DNA of 59,846 nt from Nemertoderma westbladi (taxonomy: Eukaryota > Animalia > Xenacoelomorpha), in assembly GCA_032718475.1 (NCBI GenBank), contig JAUCBJ010007575.1, positions 1 to 59,846 on the forward strand, in the 5' to 3' direction. The stretch's first letter is position 1. Each line of letters opens with the position of its first letter. Below the pieces are notes generated by a model. It was not told the DNA's origin and ran no database searches. It worked only from the letters and a program-made list of their open reading frames with translations. The translations under genes were made by a program, and so were the position numbers. Positions 14,121-27,781 of this stretch are shown one piece after another.

Positions 14121-16214
14121 CCCAACACTATTACAAATTTATAAATCAAATTCCTAAATTCCATAAAACTGTATCTTTGATAAACATTTGTTATTTTATT
14201 TGCTATAATTATATTGCCTTTTCGTTTCTTTTAAGTTTTAAATTCATGAAATAATTAATGATATTGTATTAATTATCCAAAATATAACTTTAAAAAAAAA
14301 CATAATACTGTAATAGTTATAATAATATGACATGCAACCATAAGACATCTCAACTGCTTATGGTGCATGATTTATTTAAACTATATTTCAGATTGAGTTT
14401 TGGTGTATTGGAAGGTTTGAGGTACTTGAAGTTTTAGCATTCTTCTTTATAAACCTTTCCAACTAAATATACCGAATAATGTTGAAATTTAATAGGCAGC
14501 CATATAACGAATCATTATAAAGAAAAATTTATAAAATTGTGCATTAATACTAGATACAACAATTATTGTATTTTTATTTTTATTCATATTTTAAATTGAT
14601 AAAATAATATTTCATAATGTTTTAATTAAAGAAATAAGGCTTTTAAAATTATAATATTATTTTATTTATTTGTAATAATTGTATGGAATTAATTTCGCAC
14701 AAACAAATCGCCAGGGCGACATATTTTCCAGCTTTATACCGCAGTGCGACATGTGCGCAGTGCACATTAGTTATGAAATAAGACATGCAACCATAATACA
14801 GTCCCAGTGCTTAAGGCTGCATGTTTTATTTAAACTTTACTTTTGAAGCGAGTTTGTAGGTACTGGTTGGTTGAACATTGAACTAAGTAGATATTTCTCG
14901 AATAATTCGAGAAAATTCAGATTTATTTTAATTTTAACATATTAATTCTGACTTTCTGACCGTTTGTCTGTTGATCTGTTTTACATAATATAGTATCTCT
15001 CAACCCATAGCAAAAACCTATGGCATGGAGTTTTCCTAGTCTGTGATTTCATTCCCGATTACGGTTTTCATGTTTGGTGGCATCTAGACTGTCTGTATGT
15101 CTGTCCGTTTGCCCGCCTATGTGTCTGTCAAAATAGAATATTTCACCATACAAAGCTAAAATCTTGGGCATCTGTGTTTTATCGTATCAGACTTCATTTT
15201 AGTGGCATATAAACTGTTTTCGATCAGTCTTACATAATTAAATTTCGACCACAAGTTATTATATCCCAGAATACAGGAGTTTTCGCACCAAATATACTTT
15301 TTTACCGCCCCAAATAGGTAAAATAGCCCCAAATTTCAGGTAGTCAGTCAGCCAGCAACGATTCGGTTCCTAATAACGGATGTACTAATAGCTAAATTAT
15401 AATTACTTAGTCAAGCTGGAAATCCCATTATTGCTAATTAAAGTTGTGTGGTTTAGCGGTTCACATTACTTATCAAAGGTCAAGCAGATTATTGTATTGG
15501 AAACCGATTGCTTATTTCAGTTGTTTTCATCCAAACCCAGTAGCTAATACACGGATTACGTATTACACACGTGCTGTCAAATAAGTCACTGCAAACAAGT
15601 ATTGTACTTTCTGTTTTGGTCGGCCTCCACCATACGAGTTTCGAATTATGTTTTTTTTTGAGAAGCCGTTCTGTAGTGCAGATGATCGTTGGATCCACTA
15701 ATATGACATGCAACCATAAGACAGCTCCATTGCTTATGGCTGCATGTTTTATTTAAACTTCATCTCATACACGAGTCTACATGCAATGGGTGGTATATCT
15801 AAATAGATTGAGGCACTTGAATTAAGGTTGAAATATGATATACAGCCGTATAACAGTGTAATTAGACTTAAAATAAACAGAATATTATTTAAAATAAGAC
15901 ATGCAACGCAATGCATTGAAATTTCCAGTGCTTATTTCAAGTTCCATGCACATTTTATTAAACTATATTCCAGTCTAGAGTTTGTAATGTAGTTCGTGGG
16001 GGCTGGTTTATCTAAATAGATATTATTCTCAGAAAAGTTCGAATAATTTCGATTTTATTAAAGTTTTCATTTTGCTATTGGAATAACTAGGAATATTGAT
16101 GTAATTAATATCCAATTTAATTTGTATCACTAATTAATTGCAGTTATTACAACAAAGTTTCGGTAAACAATCATAAACTTAGCATATAATGGTTGCTATA
16201 AAGCTAGAGTTCAG

Positions 16215-17160
16215 ATTTTATTTACGGTATCAATTTTCATGTTTGGCAGCATTTGTAAAGTTTTATGTCTGTCCGTTTGTCAGTCGATCTGTCTGTCAAA
16301 ATACAATATGACACCCTACAAAGCTAAAATCCTGGGAAATTCTGCTTTCTTGGATTCTGACTTAATTTACGGTAGCAGTTTTCATGTTTGGAAGCATTTT
16401 TACAGTTTGTATACCTCTGTCTGTTTGTCAGTCGATCTGTCTGTCAAAATACAATATGACACCCTACAAATCTTAAATCTTGGGAATGTATGTTTTTTCG
16501 GATTCTGACTTCAATTACGGTATCAGTTTTCATATTTGGCAGCGTTTGTAAACTTTGTATGTCTGTCCGTTTGTCAGTCGTTCTGTCTGTCATAAATACA
16601 ATATGACCTCCTACAAATGCTAAAATCTTGAGAATGTCTATTTTCTTGGACTCTGACATCATTTATGGTATCATTTTTCATGTTTGGCAGCATTTTTACA
16701 GTTTTATGTCGTCCGTTTGTCAGTCGATCTGTCTGTCAAAATACAATATGACACCCTATAAAGCTTAAATCTTGGAAATGTCTGTTTTTTGGACTCTGAC
16801 TTAATTTACGGTATCAGTTTTCATGTTTGGCAGCATTTTTACAGTTTTATGTCGTCCGTTTGTCAGTCGATCTGTCTGTCAAAATACAATATGACACCCT
16901 ATAAAGCTTAAATCTTGGAAATGTCTGTTTTTTGGACTCTAACATCATTTACGGTATCAGTTTTCATGTTTGGCAGCATTTTTACAGTTTTATGTCGTCC
17001 GTTTGTCAGTCGATCTGTCTGTCAAAATACAATATGACACCCTATAAAGCTTAAATCTTGGAAATGTCTGTTTTTTGAACTCTGACTTCATTTACGGTAT
17101 CAGTTTTCATGTTTGGCAGCATTTGTAAAGTTTGTATGTCTGTCCGTTTGTCAGTTGATC
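16215..17160. repeat. ~146-bp satellite, array 1
   Basis: Tandem units CAGTTTTCATGTTTGGCAGC...GTCTGTCCGTTTGTCAGTCGATCTGTCTGTCAAAATACAATATGACACC; degenerate monomers also at 14940-15200. Confidence 0.92.
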
Positions 17161-18269
17161 TATTAGTCCGGTGGTTTCAGAGATGTATTCTAAAGCTTTG
17201 AACTTTGGGCCATGTGCCCTTTCTACTACAACCGTCTCATTTGTCGATCTTGTGTCTCTCTGTACTAATATTTAGTGTGAAGTTTGTGCTATCTAGCCAG
17301 ACAACCTGTGGTTAGTGAGAACTAAGAATGCGGCGCCTGTCCTTTCTCAAAATTAACTATGGATTATATAAAACATGCAGCCATAAAACCAATTCATTGC
17401 AGTTATTAATTAAACAGACTCTTTGATAAAATTAGTAACTAAAAATTATTGTACTTTCATTTCTTTTATATTTTCAATTGATTAAATCATTTAAATAATT
17501 CAACTAACTAACTAATTTAACCATTTATAATATTGTATTTATTAATTGACCAAAATATGACATAAGAAAAAACATAATAATTATTATTATAATATAACAT
17601 GCAACCATAAGAGAGCTCCATTGCTTAAGGCTGCATGTTTTATTTAAACTTTATCTCAGACGTAAGTTTAAATGTAATAACGGCTGGTTTATCTAAATAG
17701 ATTGAGACACTTGAATTAAGGTTGAAATATGATATCTAACCGTATAACCGTATAATAAGACTTAAAATAAACCTAATATCAGTTAAAATAATGCATGCAA
17801 ACGTATTGGAAGTTCCAGTGCTTATGGCTGCACGTTTTATTTAAACTGTATTCCAGAAAAGAGTTGTATTGTAGTGGGGGCTGGTTTATCTAAATAGATA
17901 ATTCTTAGAAAAGTTCGAGTAATTCCGAGTTTTTTAAAGTTTTCATTACTTGATATTGGAATAATTAGGAATATTGATGTAATTCATATCCAATTTAATT
18001 TGTATCACTAATTAATTGCAGTTATTACAACAAAGTTACGGTAAACAATTATAAAATTAGCTAATAGCAGAGGTGTTTAAGAGATTATTTACTAAGTTAG
18101 TGATAGTTAGTTATAGAAGTATAAGTACGTTCGTCCTATAGGCCGCAAATCTGCAATAAGGTACTTTACTGCGCTACGAGTAAAACACCAGAACGCTGAA
18201 AAGTTCGCATAATATTGTTGCAAATGTACCAATTGTTGATATCGCACGTAAACCTTTTAGAGTTTATTT

Positions 18270-18705
18270 AGGGCAGCAGTAGAGACAGCCTTCTTAGATG
18301 GGAGTCCATGCTGGTCTCTGACTGACTGCAGAGTATACAAAACTTCTGGATGGCACATTCACAATAATGCTACGCCGGGGTCATTGTGTCAAGAAGAACG
18401 AACACATCTCCATAACCAGACTGTGAACAACATCGGAAGTGTTTCATTAGTCTCCGAAAGCTTTTACTTGAACTGAGCTGCCACCGCCTTGTAGGACATT
18501 GCTTTCACAGTGTGGACCAGCCTGTGCATAATCTCGTGCTTTGGCGGCCTCATGGAACGACTATGTATGGTGGTAAGCCCATGACTTTCTTGAGACGCAT
18601 TTTAAAGAACACTGGACTTGAAGATGCGGATGATCTAGCAAATGTCATGGGTGATAGGAAGTTGAGGTGGAGCAATTTTATCGACAAGCCGACACATCTT
18701 TCTTA
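18270..18705 (+). pseudogene. degenerate 3' end of an RTE-like non-LTR retrotransposon; contains the empty Polinton site
   Basis: Translates in pieces as VETAFLDGSPCWSLT..LLDGTFTIMLRR..GHC..PVHNLVLWRPHG..LANVMGDRK, resembling RTE ORF2 C-termini; frameshifted. Confidence 0.6.
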
Positions 18706-18869
18706 ATATATTTGATATAATTAATGCAGCCGCAATGCAACATGCCGATAGTAGTAGTAGTAGTTATAGATGTTTGTTGATACCAATAGAAAGATAGAAG
18801 AAATATTGGGTATAAAAGTTTCATCAATTATTATCTGATTGTAGCAATTAATCTATATTTGTACCGACA

Positions 18870-21510
18870 TTTGCAGGGGCTCATATCCATATACAATATA
18901 TTAGACCAGACAGCTAAAATCTTCCATATGTAGTTTTTTTCATCACTGATTTCATTTCCCATATCAGTTTTCAAGTTTGGCGGCATTTGTACAGTTTGTA
19001 TGTCTGTTGGTTTGTCAAAATACAATATGACACCATACAAAGCTAAAATCACGGTAATGACTGTTTTCTTCGACTCAGACTTCATTTACGGTATCAGTTT
19101 TGATGTTTGGCAGCATTTGTAAAGTTTGTATGTCTGTCCGTTTGTCAGTCGATCTGTCTATCAAAATACAATGTGACACCCTACAAATGCTAAAATCCTG
19201 GGAATGTCTGTTTTCTTGCACTCGGACTTCATTTACCGTATCAGTTTTCATGTTTGGCAGCATTTGTACAGTTTGTATGTCTGTCAGTTTGTCAGTCGAT
19301 CTGTCTGTCAAAATACAATATGACACCCTACAAATGCTAAAATCCTGAGAATGTCTGTTTTCTTGGACTCTGACTTCATTTACCGTATCAGTTTTCATGT
19401 TTGGCAGCATTGTACAGTTTATTATGACTGTCCGTTTGTCAGTCAATCTGTCTGTCAAAATACAATATCACACCATACAAAGCTAAAATCCCGGGAATGT
19501 CTGTTTTCTTGGACTCTGACGTCATTTACTGTATCAGTTTCATGTTTGGCAGCAATTGAACAGTTTATTATGTCTGTCCGTTTGTCAGTCAATATGTCTG
19601 TCAAAATACAATATCACACCATACAAAGCTAAAATATCGGGAATGTCTGTTTTCTTGGACTCTGAATTCATTTACTGTATCAGTTGTCATGTTTGACAGT
19701 ATTGTACAGTTTGTATGTCTGTCCGTTTGTCAGTCAATCTGTCTGTCAAAATACAATATGACACCATACAAAGCTAACATCCCGGGAATGTCTGTTTTCT
19801 TGGACTCTGACTTCATTTAGTGTATCAGATTTCATGTTTGGCAGCAATTGAACAGTTTGTTTGTCTGTCCGTTTATCAGTCGATCTGTCTGTCAAAATAT
19901 AATATGACACCCTGCAAATTTTAAAATCCTGTGAATGTCTGTTTTCTTGGACTCTGACTTCACTTACGGTATCAGTTTCCATGTTTGGCAGCAATTTTAC
20001 AGTTTGTAAGTCTGTCAGTTTGTCTGTCAATCTGTCTGTCAAAATACAATATGGCACCACACAAAGCTAACATCCCGGGAATGTCTGTTTTCTTGGACTC
20101 TGACGTCATTTACTGTATCAGTTTCATGTTTGGCAGCAATTGAACAGTTTATTATGTCTGTCCGTTTGTCAGTCAATATGTCTGTCAAAATACAATATCA
20201 CACCATACAAAGCTAAAATATCGGGAATGACTGTTTTCTTGGACTCTGAATTCATTTACTGTATCAGTTGTCATGTTTGACAGTATTGTACAGTTTGTAT
20301 GTCTGTCCGTTTGTCAGTCAATCTGTCTGTCAAAATACAATATGACACCATACAAAGCTAACATCCCGGGAATGTCTGTTTTCTTGGACTCTGACTTCAT
20401 TTAGTGTATCAGATTTCATGTTTGGCAGCAATTGAACAGTTTGTTTGTCTGTCCGTTTATCAGTCGATCTGTCTGTCAAAATATAATATGACACCCTGCA
20501 AATTTTAAAATCCTGTGAATGTCTGTTTTCTTGGACTCTGACTTCACTTACGGTATCAGTTTCCATGTTTGGCAGCAATTTTACAGTTTGTAAGTCTGTC
20601 AGTTTGTCTGTCAATCTGTCTGTCAAAATACAATATGGCACCATACAAAGCTAACATCCCGGGAATGTCTGTTTTCTTGGACTCTGACTTCATTTAGTGT
20701 ATCAGATTTCATGTTTGGCAGCAATTGAACAGTTTGTTTGTCTGTCCGTTTATCAGTCGATCTGCCTGTCAAAATACAATATGACACCCTGCAAATTCTA
20801 AAATCCTGTGAATGTCTGTTTTGTTGGACTCTGACTTCATTTACGGTATCAGTTTTGATGTTTGGCAGCATTTGTAAAGTTTGTATGTCTGTCCGTTTGT
20901 CAGTCGATCTGTCTGTCAAAATACAATATGACATCATACAAAGCTAAAATCCCGGGAATGTCTGTTTTCTTGGACTCGGACTTCATTTACGGTATTAGTT
21001 TTCATGTTTGGCTGCATTTGTTCAGTTTGTATACGTCTGTCCGTTTGTCAGTCGATCTGTCTGTCAAAATACAATATGACAACCTGCAAATGCTAAAATC
21101 CTGGGAATGTCTGTTTTCTTGGACCCTGACTTCATGTACGGTATCAGTTTCATGTTTGGCAGCATTTTTACAGTTTGTTTGTCTGTCCGTTTGTCAGTCG
21201 ATCTGTCTGTCAAAATACAATATGACATCATACAAAGCTAAAATCCCGGGAATGTCTGTTTCCTTGGACTCGGACTTCATTTACGGTATTAGTTTTCATG
21301 TTTGGCTGGATTTGTTCAGTTTGTATACGTCTGTCCGTTTGTCAGTCGATCTGTCTGTCAAAATACAATATGACAACCTGCAAATGCTAAAATCCTGAGA
21401 ATGTCTGTTTTCTTGGACTTTGACTTCATTTACCGTATCACATTTGCGGCATCAGTTTTCATGTTTGGCAGCATTTGTAAAGTTTGTATGTCTGTCCGTT
21501 TGTCAGTCGA
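18870..21510. repeat. ~146-bp satellite, array 2, with a 584-bp (4-mer) higher-order duplication
   Basis: 146-bp period; identical spurious ORFs at 19746 and 20330 are offset by 584 bp. Confidence 0.95.
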
Positions 21511-22689
21511 TCTATTAGTCCGGTAGTTTCAGAGATGTATTCTAAAGCTTTGAACTTTGGGACATGTGCCCTTTCTACTGCAACCGTCCCATTTATCTAT
21601 CTTTTGTCTCTCTGTACCAATATTTAGTGTGAAGTTTGTGCTATCTAGCCAGACAACCTGTGGTTAGTGAGAACTAAGAATGCGGCGCCTGTCCTTTCTC
21701 AAAATTAACTATAGATTATATAAAACATGCAGCCATAAAACCAATTCATAGCAGTTATTAATTAAACAGACTCTTTGATGAAATTAGTAACTAAAAATTG
21801 TACAAGTCCCTAAAAGGTGCCACCCTGCTCCATAGCGCGGGAAATTCAAATGATTGAAAGACATGCAATTTGTACTGGAAAGGGTGGCAGATCAGATCTG
21901 CCACCTATATTTTGGCGGTAAATTCAAATCTGTTTTAACATTGAATATATGAATAGAGTAACCCAGGTAGCAAATATAGTTAACTGAACGTACCATGGAT
22001 TAAATGCACGTTCAATTTTCGTTATAGTTAGTGAATGAATAGAAAATTGTGAATGTAGTAAAGGTTCACTTTGCGTAATTTGTATTACCGTCATGCTAAT
22101 AACTAAAAATGGACGTTGAATAACCGTTTGTTAATTGTTGAATAACCGAATTACCGTTTGCACTGAACATGCAATACCGTGATTTGCTTGTACATGAGAA
22201 ATTATATCGCACTGACTGCCAAATGTGTCACTACGAAGTCCACATTGTACTAGTACTATTCCCTGTTTCGGTTTAAGTTCCGCATTTAGGATTACACGTT
22301 CGTGGGGCCTTCGCGCAGCACGAGGCCCAGTTATGAGATACAAATTAAAATTGTGCGACTGTATCACAAAATCAGGTTATGAGAGATTAACCAACACCAC
22401 CAATTAATCAAAGAAAGGGGGACAGTACGTGTTCACCCCTTTTAATCTGCACCCCCCCCCCCCCCTCCCTTCCCACCCACCAATACATAACCGCGACATC
22501 TACCACCCACGGAAGGGTAGCACGAACTTATTTCCAAACGCACGTTCAATATGCAAAGCCAGTTGGTTTATAGGAATATAATCAATGCAGTACTCGTCTT
22601 CATTATAAGCCTCATTGCGTTCGACCTGTTTTGTATTAAAATATATTTATTAAACGCAGGCTGACGCTCTTTATAATAATAATACCTAG

Positions 22690-23026
22690 GGATGTCAGCT
22701 TCCAGACTTTCAATCTTTACTGCCGCGCAAACCCCGCAGAGGAAGTTTTGGTTTGAGAGATCAAGCCCATCGGCAATTGGTGTTTCAATTTCGGTCCAGG
22801 AACTCTGACAATGGGAGCATTCAATCTTAGCTGTGGTCCATTCCCGTGGTTTCGGCTTCCTTTTCTTCGTCCCAATGACAGATTCTTCTGAAGACGTTCG
22901 ATTCGCTTTCAGTTTATTGTTGGCGTTTGTGTTTTGAAGTTGTATTCGAGTGGACAGTCGCGCCGGTTTCGAGGTAACCATACCGATCTGTGATAAGCGT
23001 TGGTTTTGTTGAGTGTCGGTATTCAT
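22690..23026 (-). pseudogene. probable 5' fragment of a LINE ORF1 (PHD-like Cys cluster)
   Basis: CSHCQSSW...FLCGVC pattern followed by the start of a coiled coil; breaks off into AT-rich DNA. Confidence 0.35.
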
Positions 23027-24299
23027 CTTCTCTCACCTCTTCAATGTCAGATGTTGCAAATACTGATAACACGAATAACGGTATATATTTCAATACTTGT
23101 CAATAGTAATATATATAATTTAGATAACTATTTTATATCTGTACTGTTGAGCAAACTCTACATAAATTTCAACCTGTGTATCGCCGGTAGGGCTGTTGCT
23201 GTGCAAGTGCTAGTTGCCACCGGTCAGCCGGTACCGGTAGTAGGGTGGTACCATGGCCTACTACACACAGGCCATGAAGGACTTTGCTGTGAAATTAGCG
23301 TAGGCTGACTGGTGACTGATGAATTATCAAATATTATATTTTCCATGAATGCAGGGTCCATATTTAAAAGAAGATGACTAGATTTTCGTAAAGAATTTAA
23401 TTGAAACAGTATTTAATAATAAATAAATTAATTATCACTCGAGTTCCTGCAGCTTTTATTCGTGGCAGGAATGTTTGAACGCGAATAAGTCGGTCAATCA
23501 TGGATGAAATGGAACCAAACTTGGTACACTTGTAGTCTTAAAAAAATTTAGAAATTCTACACACAGACAGACTTCTACAGTTCCCCGGTCTGCCGCTAGG
23601 GGGCGAATTAACAGAAACGTAAAAATAGCTGTAATTATAGAACCAACGATCAGATTCATCTGAAATTTAGTAGTAGTTACCTAAGAGCATTGCTTAATTA
23701 GAAATTCTACAGAGACTTTTACAGTTCCTGTCTGCCGCTAGTGGGGAATTGTTAGAGCTCCAGTTCAACGTGCTTAGCACGGTTTAATAAACAATCAATT
23801 AATTATTTTATTAAATACAGTAATTATAACAGTAAAATGCAATGTATTCTATTTTTTAGTGAAATCAAGAGATAGGAGGGGGGTGGGACTGGACGCAACT
23901 CCCATCTTGGCGAATTAATATCCCGCCTCAATATTAATTTCTAAATTTTGGGAAAGGAACAGGTTACAGTGGCACGTTATTTTAACCAAAACAATAAAGT
24001 AAACACAATAGAACAGGTTACAGTTTTGTTTTTGAGAGTAATCAGCTGTTGTTATTTGCGTCCAATTTCCCCTGGAGAGGGATGAATTTTTATTGCGTCC
24101 AGTTCCCCCCCCCCCCCCCCCCCCCTATCTTGAAATCAAATACCAAAAATATATTTATTATATGAACAATCTATTTGGAAATTGTAAGTTCGGCCTATCT
24201 CTTTACCATAAGCTCAGTATCTTTATCTGGTGTGTTTTTATTATTTTACCAATTATTTAATATGTTTGATAGAATTGAACAACACCGCCCAACACAACC

Positions 24300-24898
24300 A
24301 ACTCTCTATCCGCCTCGAGCATCGAGAATACGAGAAACTCGATCGAAATACCTGCTTATCCCAGTAGTATCCGTCCGTACTAGTCACCGGACCGCTGCGG
24401 TTTACTCCCGTAGAACAGTAGAATTCCCGCAGGTTCCGACCCAATTCGACAACGAATTCGCTTCACACTTTCGCGTCACAGAGAACGTAATCCAGTGCGA
24501 TAACGTCTGCCCAACGTTCAACCATTTCCCCCAGGCGATCCCAGGATCTGGGCCGCCGCTAAACCCAGATCGCAATCCTCGTCGATTCGTCCAGTCGTCG
24601 ACGTAAGTCAGTAAGTGGGACTCTTCCCACCGCACTCCACGGTGGGTGACCGGAGTGAGGCATGATGAACTTGGCAGTGGCCCGCATTACGATCTGACCG
24701 ACCGCCGTATTCCCAGTGTCTGAGTGTAGTAAATACCCAAATAGAATCGTACTGACAAACAAGCAATTCCGTAGTATTCCCCCGTTAATCACCTCTTGAA
24801 GCAACTTGGCTGCTCGGGTCCAGATACATCGGACTGTCGGGAGCGTTTCAGACATCAGACAGTAATGGAGCGGCATTTGCGAATATTTCCAATGGTTT
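24300..24898 (-). pseudogene. ALDH3: frameshifted fragment of a class-3 (fatty) aldehyde dehydrogenase
   Basis: Switching frames gives KPLEIFANAAPLL..PMYLD..VINGG..TTELL..TGNTAVGQIVMRATAK..LTPVT..VECGGKSPTY..DEDCDL..IAWGKWLNVGQT..IALDYVLCD..LREFY, colinear with the ALDH3 core (TG.TAVGKIVM, ELGGKSP, WGK..N.GQTC.APDY). Confidence 0.8.
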
Positions 24899-26357
24899 TA
24901 TAATAAATAAGGGGATTCAACAGTTCAATGCTAAAACAAATGGATTATTCCTAACCCCACCCCAATACAGCAATATACCTAACAGTATATAGCTTAGGTA
25001 CCACAGTCTGACTAGCTTTAAATATTAGAGTATGAAAATTATTATAGGACCCTCATGGAAACGAGGTATATAGGCCTACCTCATGAGGCTATCCTTACAC
25101 CAGAACCTTTTATTTAAGTAAATAAACATTTTATAAGTTGACTATCTACATAAATCAGTATTGGTGCTCCTAAATATCTAGTGTTATTACTTGTACTGTA
25201 GGCCTAATATCGTAACGTAATCTTTATAAATGTATTATTGTGAATTTTAAAAGGTTTAATTATGTGTAAAAAACAATCAATCAATCAAACCATAATCAGC
25301 ACAGTCAGCCTACGCATGGGTGGTACCTACGGTGCGCACTACAACGGCAGTACATCAATACGGTGTACCGTGCCAATGACTGAATGATTAGCGGTAACTA
25401 CTGAACTATCTAAACTATTATATTATTATTACCGGTACTAGGCTAATTAGGCCTAAACTATAATCACCGCAACCGCAAGGGTTTCCGGGGCCATGTTTAG
25501 ATTACATGATATGGCATGTCTGCAGTGTATGGTACCGGCTGACCTGTATTGCAGTAGTGACTGATTGCAGAATTCTCGATTCAGGAATTGAGTACAGCCT
25601 GACAGTACCGGTACAAATGGTACATGCAGATTGGCAGACAGCCCCTATGTTTTGCAAAATTTGTCAGAAAACCAGCTGATTTATCCTACAGTAATAATAA
25701 TTTAACGCATGTTAATTTTGGATAAATAAATATATTATAACTACAATAACAGTTACACTGATGCTGCACGAAGGCCCCACGCAAATTCTACTTGGAAAAT
25801 TTTCAAACTTTTGCCAAACAACATGTGTACCAAGTTTGGATAGATTTCATCAAGGATTGGCCGAGTTATTAACGTTTAAAATAAAATACTGAAAAAAAAC
25901 GCGACAGAACGACAGAACGACAGAACGACAGAACGACAGGTTGATTAATGGTACCACTACGCTAAGGCTCTCTCACTTCGTGGCTCGCCCCACAGTTTCT
26001 GAGTTAGTAGCGCATTGTATTTTGTCACGAGTTACTAAGAATAATAATGTTCATTCATAATAATATTTTATCATATTATATGTCATAGACAAATATAGCA
26101 GTATAGGCAGAGGCATTATACACATTGCTATTATAGTAGGCCGCCTACCTGCGATATATTTTACTATCAATTCCCTGCTGTACAGCTGTATATATTTCTT
26201 ATGAAATTACACTACACAATATTTCTTAGTAGACCTAAATAAGATAATATGTCTGTAGGCCTATTGCACATGCAGTAGCAGTAGCTACTACACTACAGTA
26301 AGAAGTTTACAGTATGAAGTCTACTGCTCTAGCTCCTTGACCTTTTAGTACGTACCT

Positions 26358-27075
26358 TTAGTTGTTCACGTGGTGCTCGAAGTCCCGGACTAGTTAACCA
26401 GTCAGCTTAGTTGTTCACGTGGTGCTCGAACCCCCAGACTAGTTAACCAGTCAGCTTAGTTGTTCACGTGGTGCTCGAAGTCCCGGACTAGTTAACCAGT
26501 CAGCTTAGTTGTTCACGTGGTGCTCGAATCCCCAGACTAGTTAACCAGTCAGCTTAGTTGTTCACGTGGTGCTCGAACCCCCAGACTAGTTAACCAGTCA
26601 GCTTAGTTGTTCACGTGGTGCTCGAAGTCCCGGAGTAGTTAACCAGTCAGCTTAGTTGTTCACGTGGTGCTCGAACCCCCAGACTAGTTAACCAGTCAGC
26701 TTAGTTGTTCACGTGGTGCTCGAAGTCCCGGACTAGTTAACCAGTCAGCTTAGTTGTTCACGTGCTGCTCGAAGTCCCAGACTAGTTAACCAGTCTGCTT
26801 AGTTGTTCACGTGCTGCTCGAAGCCCCAGACTAGATAACCAATCAGCTTAGTTGTTCACGTGCTGCTCGAAGTCCCAGACTAGTTAACCAGTCAGCTTAG
26901 TTGTTCACGTGCTGCTCGAAGCCCCAGACTAGTTAACCAGTCAGCTTAGTTGTTCACGTGCTGCTCGAAGTCCCAGACTAGTTAACCAGTCAGCTTAGTT
27001 GTTCACGTGCTGCTCGAAGCCCCAGACTAGTTAACGTGCTGGTTTATTTATTCACGTGCTGCTGGAAGTCCCAGA
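26358..27075. repeat. 49-bp minisatellite, about 14 copies
   Basis: Unit TTAGTTGTTCACGTGGTGCTCGAAGTCCCGGACTAGTTAACCAGTCAGC with alternating variants. Confidence 0.95.
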
Positions 27076-27237
27076 AATAGATAAAACAACAACAATAACG
27101 GATGAGTGAGTTAAACCGATAAGAAATAATTTATTCTGATTCAATGAATTACATTAGTCATACTCTATTCATATATTCAATGTTAAAACAGATTTGAATT
27201 TACCGCCAAAATATAGGTGGCAGATCTGATCTGCCAC

Positions 27238-27296
27238 CAAGGTGTACTAAATAACTTAGTACATAATTTTAGTAATAATAAATTTAGTACACCTTG
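27238..27296. mobile_element. 59-bp mini-MITE with 8-bp TSD (hAT- or P-like)
   Basis: 15-bp TIR CAAGGTGTACTAAAT / ATTTAGTACACCTTG; TSD TCTGCCAC (27230-27237, 27297-27304); absent from the matching left TIR near 21890. Confidence 0.85.
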
Positions 27297-27602
27297 TCTG
27301 CCACCCTTTCCAGTACAAATTACATGTCTTACAATCATTTGAATTTCCCGCGCTATGGAGCTGGGTGGCACCTTTTAGGGACTTGTAAAAATTGTAGTGT
27401 ATTGAGGAGCGAGTAGTCAGGCTGTCAGGCTTAGGACGGTACCGGTAGATCGGGAGAACAGTATATGTATGTATCTGTACCGGTAGGAGAGAATCCGTGA
27501 TTATATTATACCGCTGTTAATACTGTTATATATGTTCAATGTATCATATCTGATTCGGGATCAATATATTATAATCCGAATAAAGGCTGTAGAAATTTCG
27601 CA

Positions 27603-27765
27603 TTGTTGTGTCCCTAGGCAAGACACTTTAGACATTAGTGCCTACGCCAACCCAGCGGTATAATGGGAACCTAGCTTTGCTGGGGTAATGATAATAAAAG
27701 CGCTTTGAGTATGCTGAGCGTAGAAAAGCGCTATATAAATAACCAATATTATTATTATTATTATA
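27603..27765 (+). mobile_element. 5'-truncated CORE-type SINE with an L2-like tail, inside the LTR
   Basis: TGTGTCCCTAGGCAAGACACTT core, AAAGCGCTTTGAG...AAAGCGCTATATAAAT tail, (ATT)n end. Confidence 0.55.
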
Positions 27766-27781
27766 TTATATTGGCGACGAA

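Larger units (their letters stand above)
21803..27385. mobile_element. 5.6-kb non-autonomous TIR DNA element (possibly Mutator-like) with cargo
   Basis: ~160-bp TIRs starting CAAGTCCCTAAAAGGTGCCACCC. Flanking direct repeat TAAAAATTGTA (21792-21802, 27386-27396); TSD is 7-11 bp depending on where the termini are placed. No transposase. Confidence 0.85.

Noticed and set aside
10233-14254. Many long ORFs (up to 769 aa) with HTDPK/HGPK/CTRTQ repeats
   Set aside because: Artefact of a 31-bp satellite whose plus strand lacks stop codons; the peptide cycles through all three frames. The same applies at 58.8-59.8 kb.
16239-21398. ORFs in the 146-bp satellite (also 49-50.3 kb)
   Set aside because: Repeat-derived translations on both strands with no domain signal.
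26358-27075. CRISPR-like appearance of the 49-bp and 31-bp arrays
   Set aside because: No unique spacers, no cas genes, eukaryotic context.
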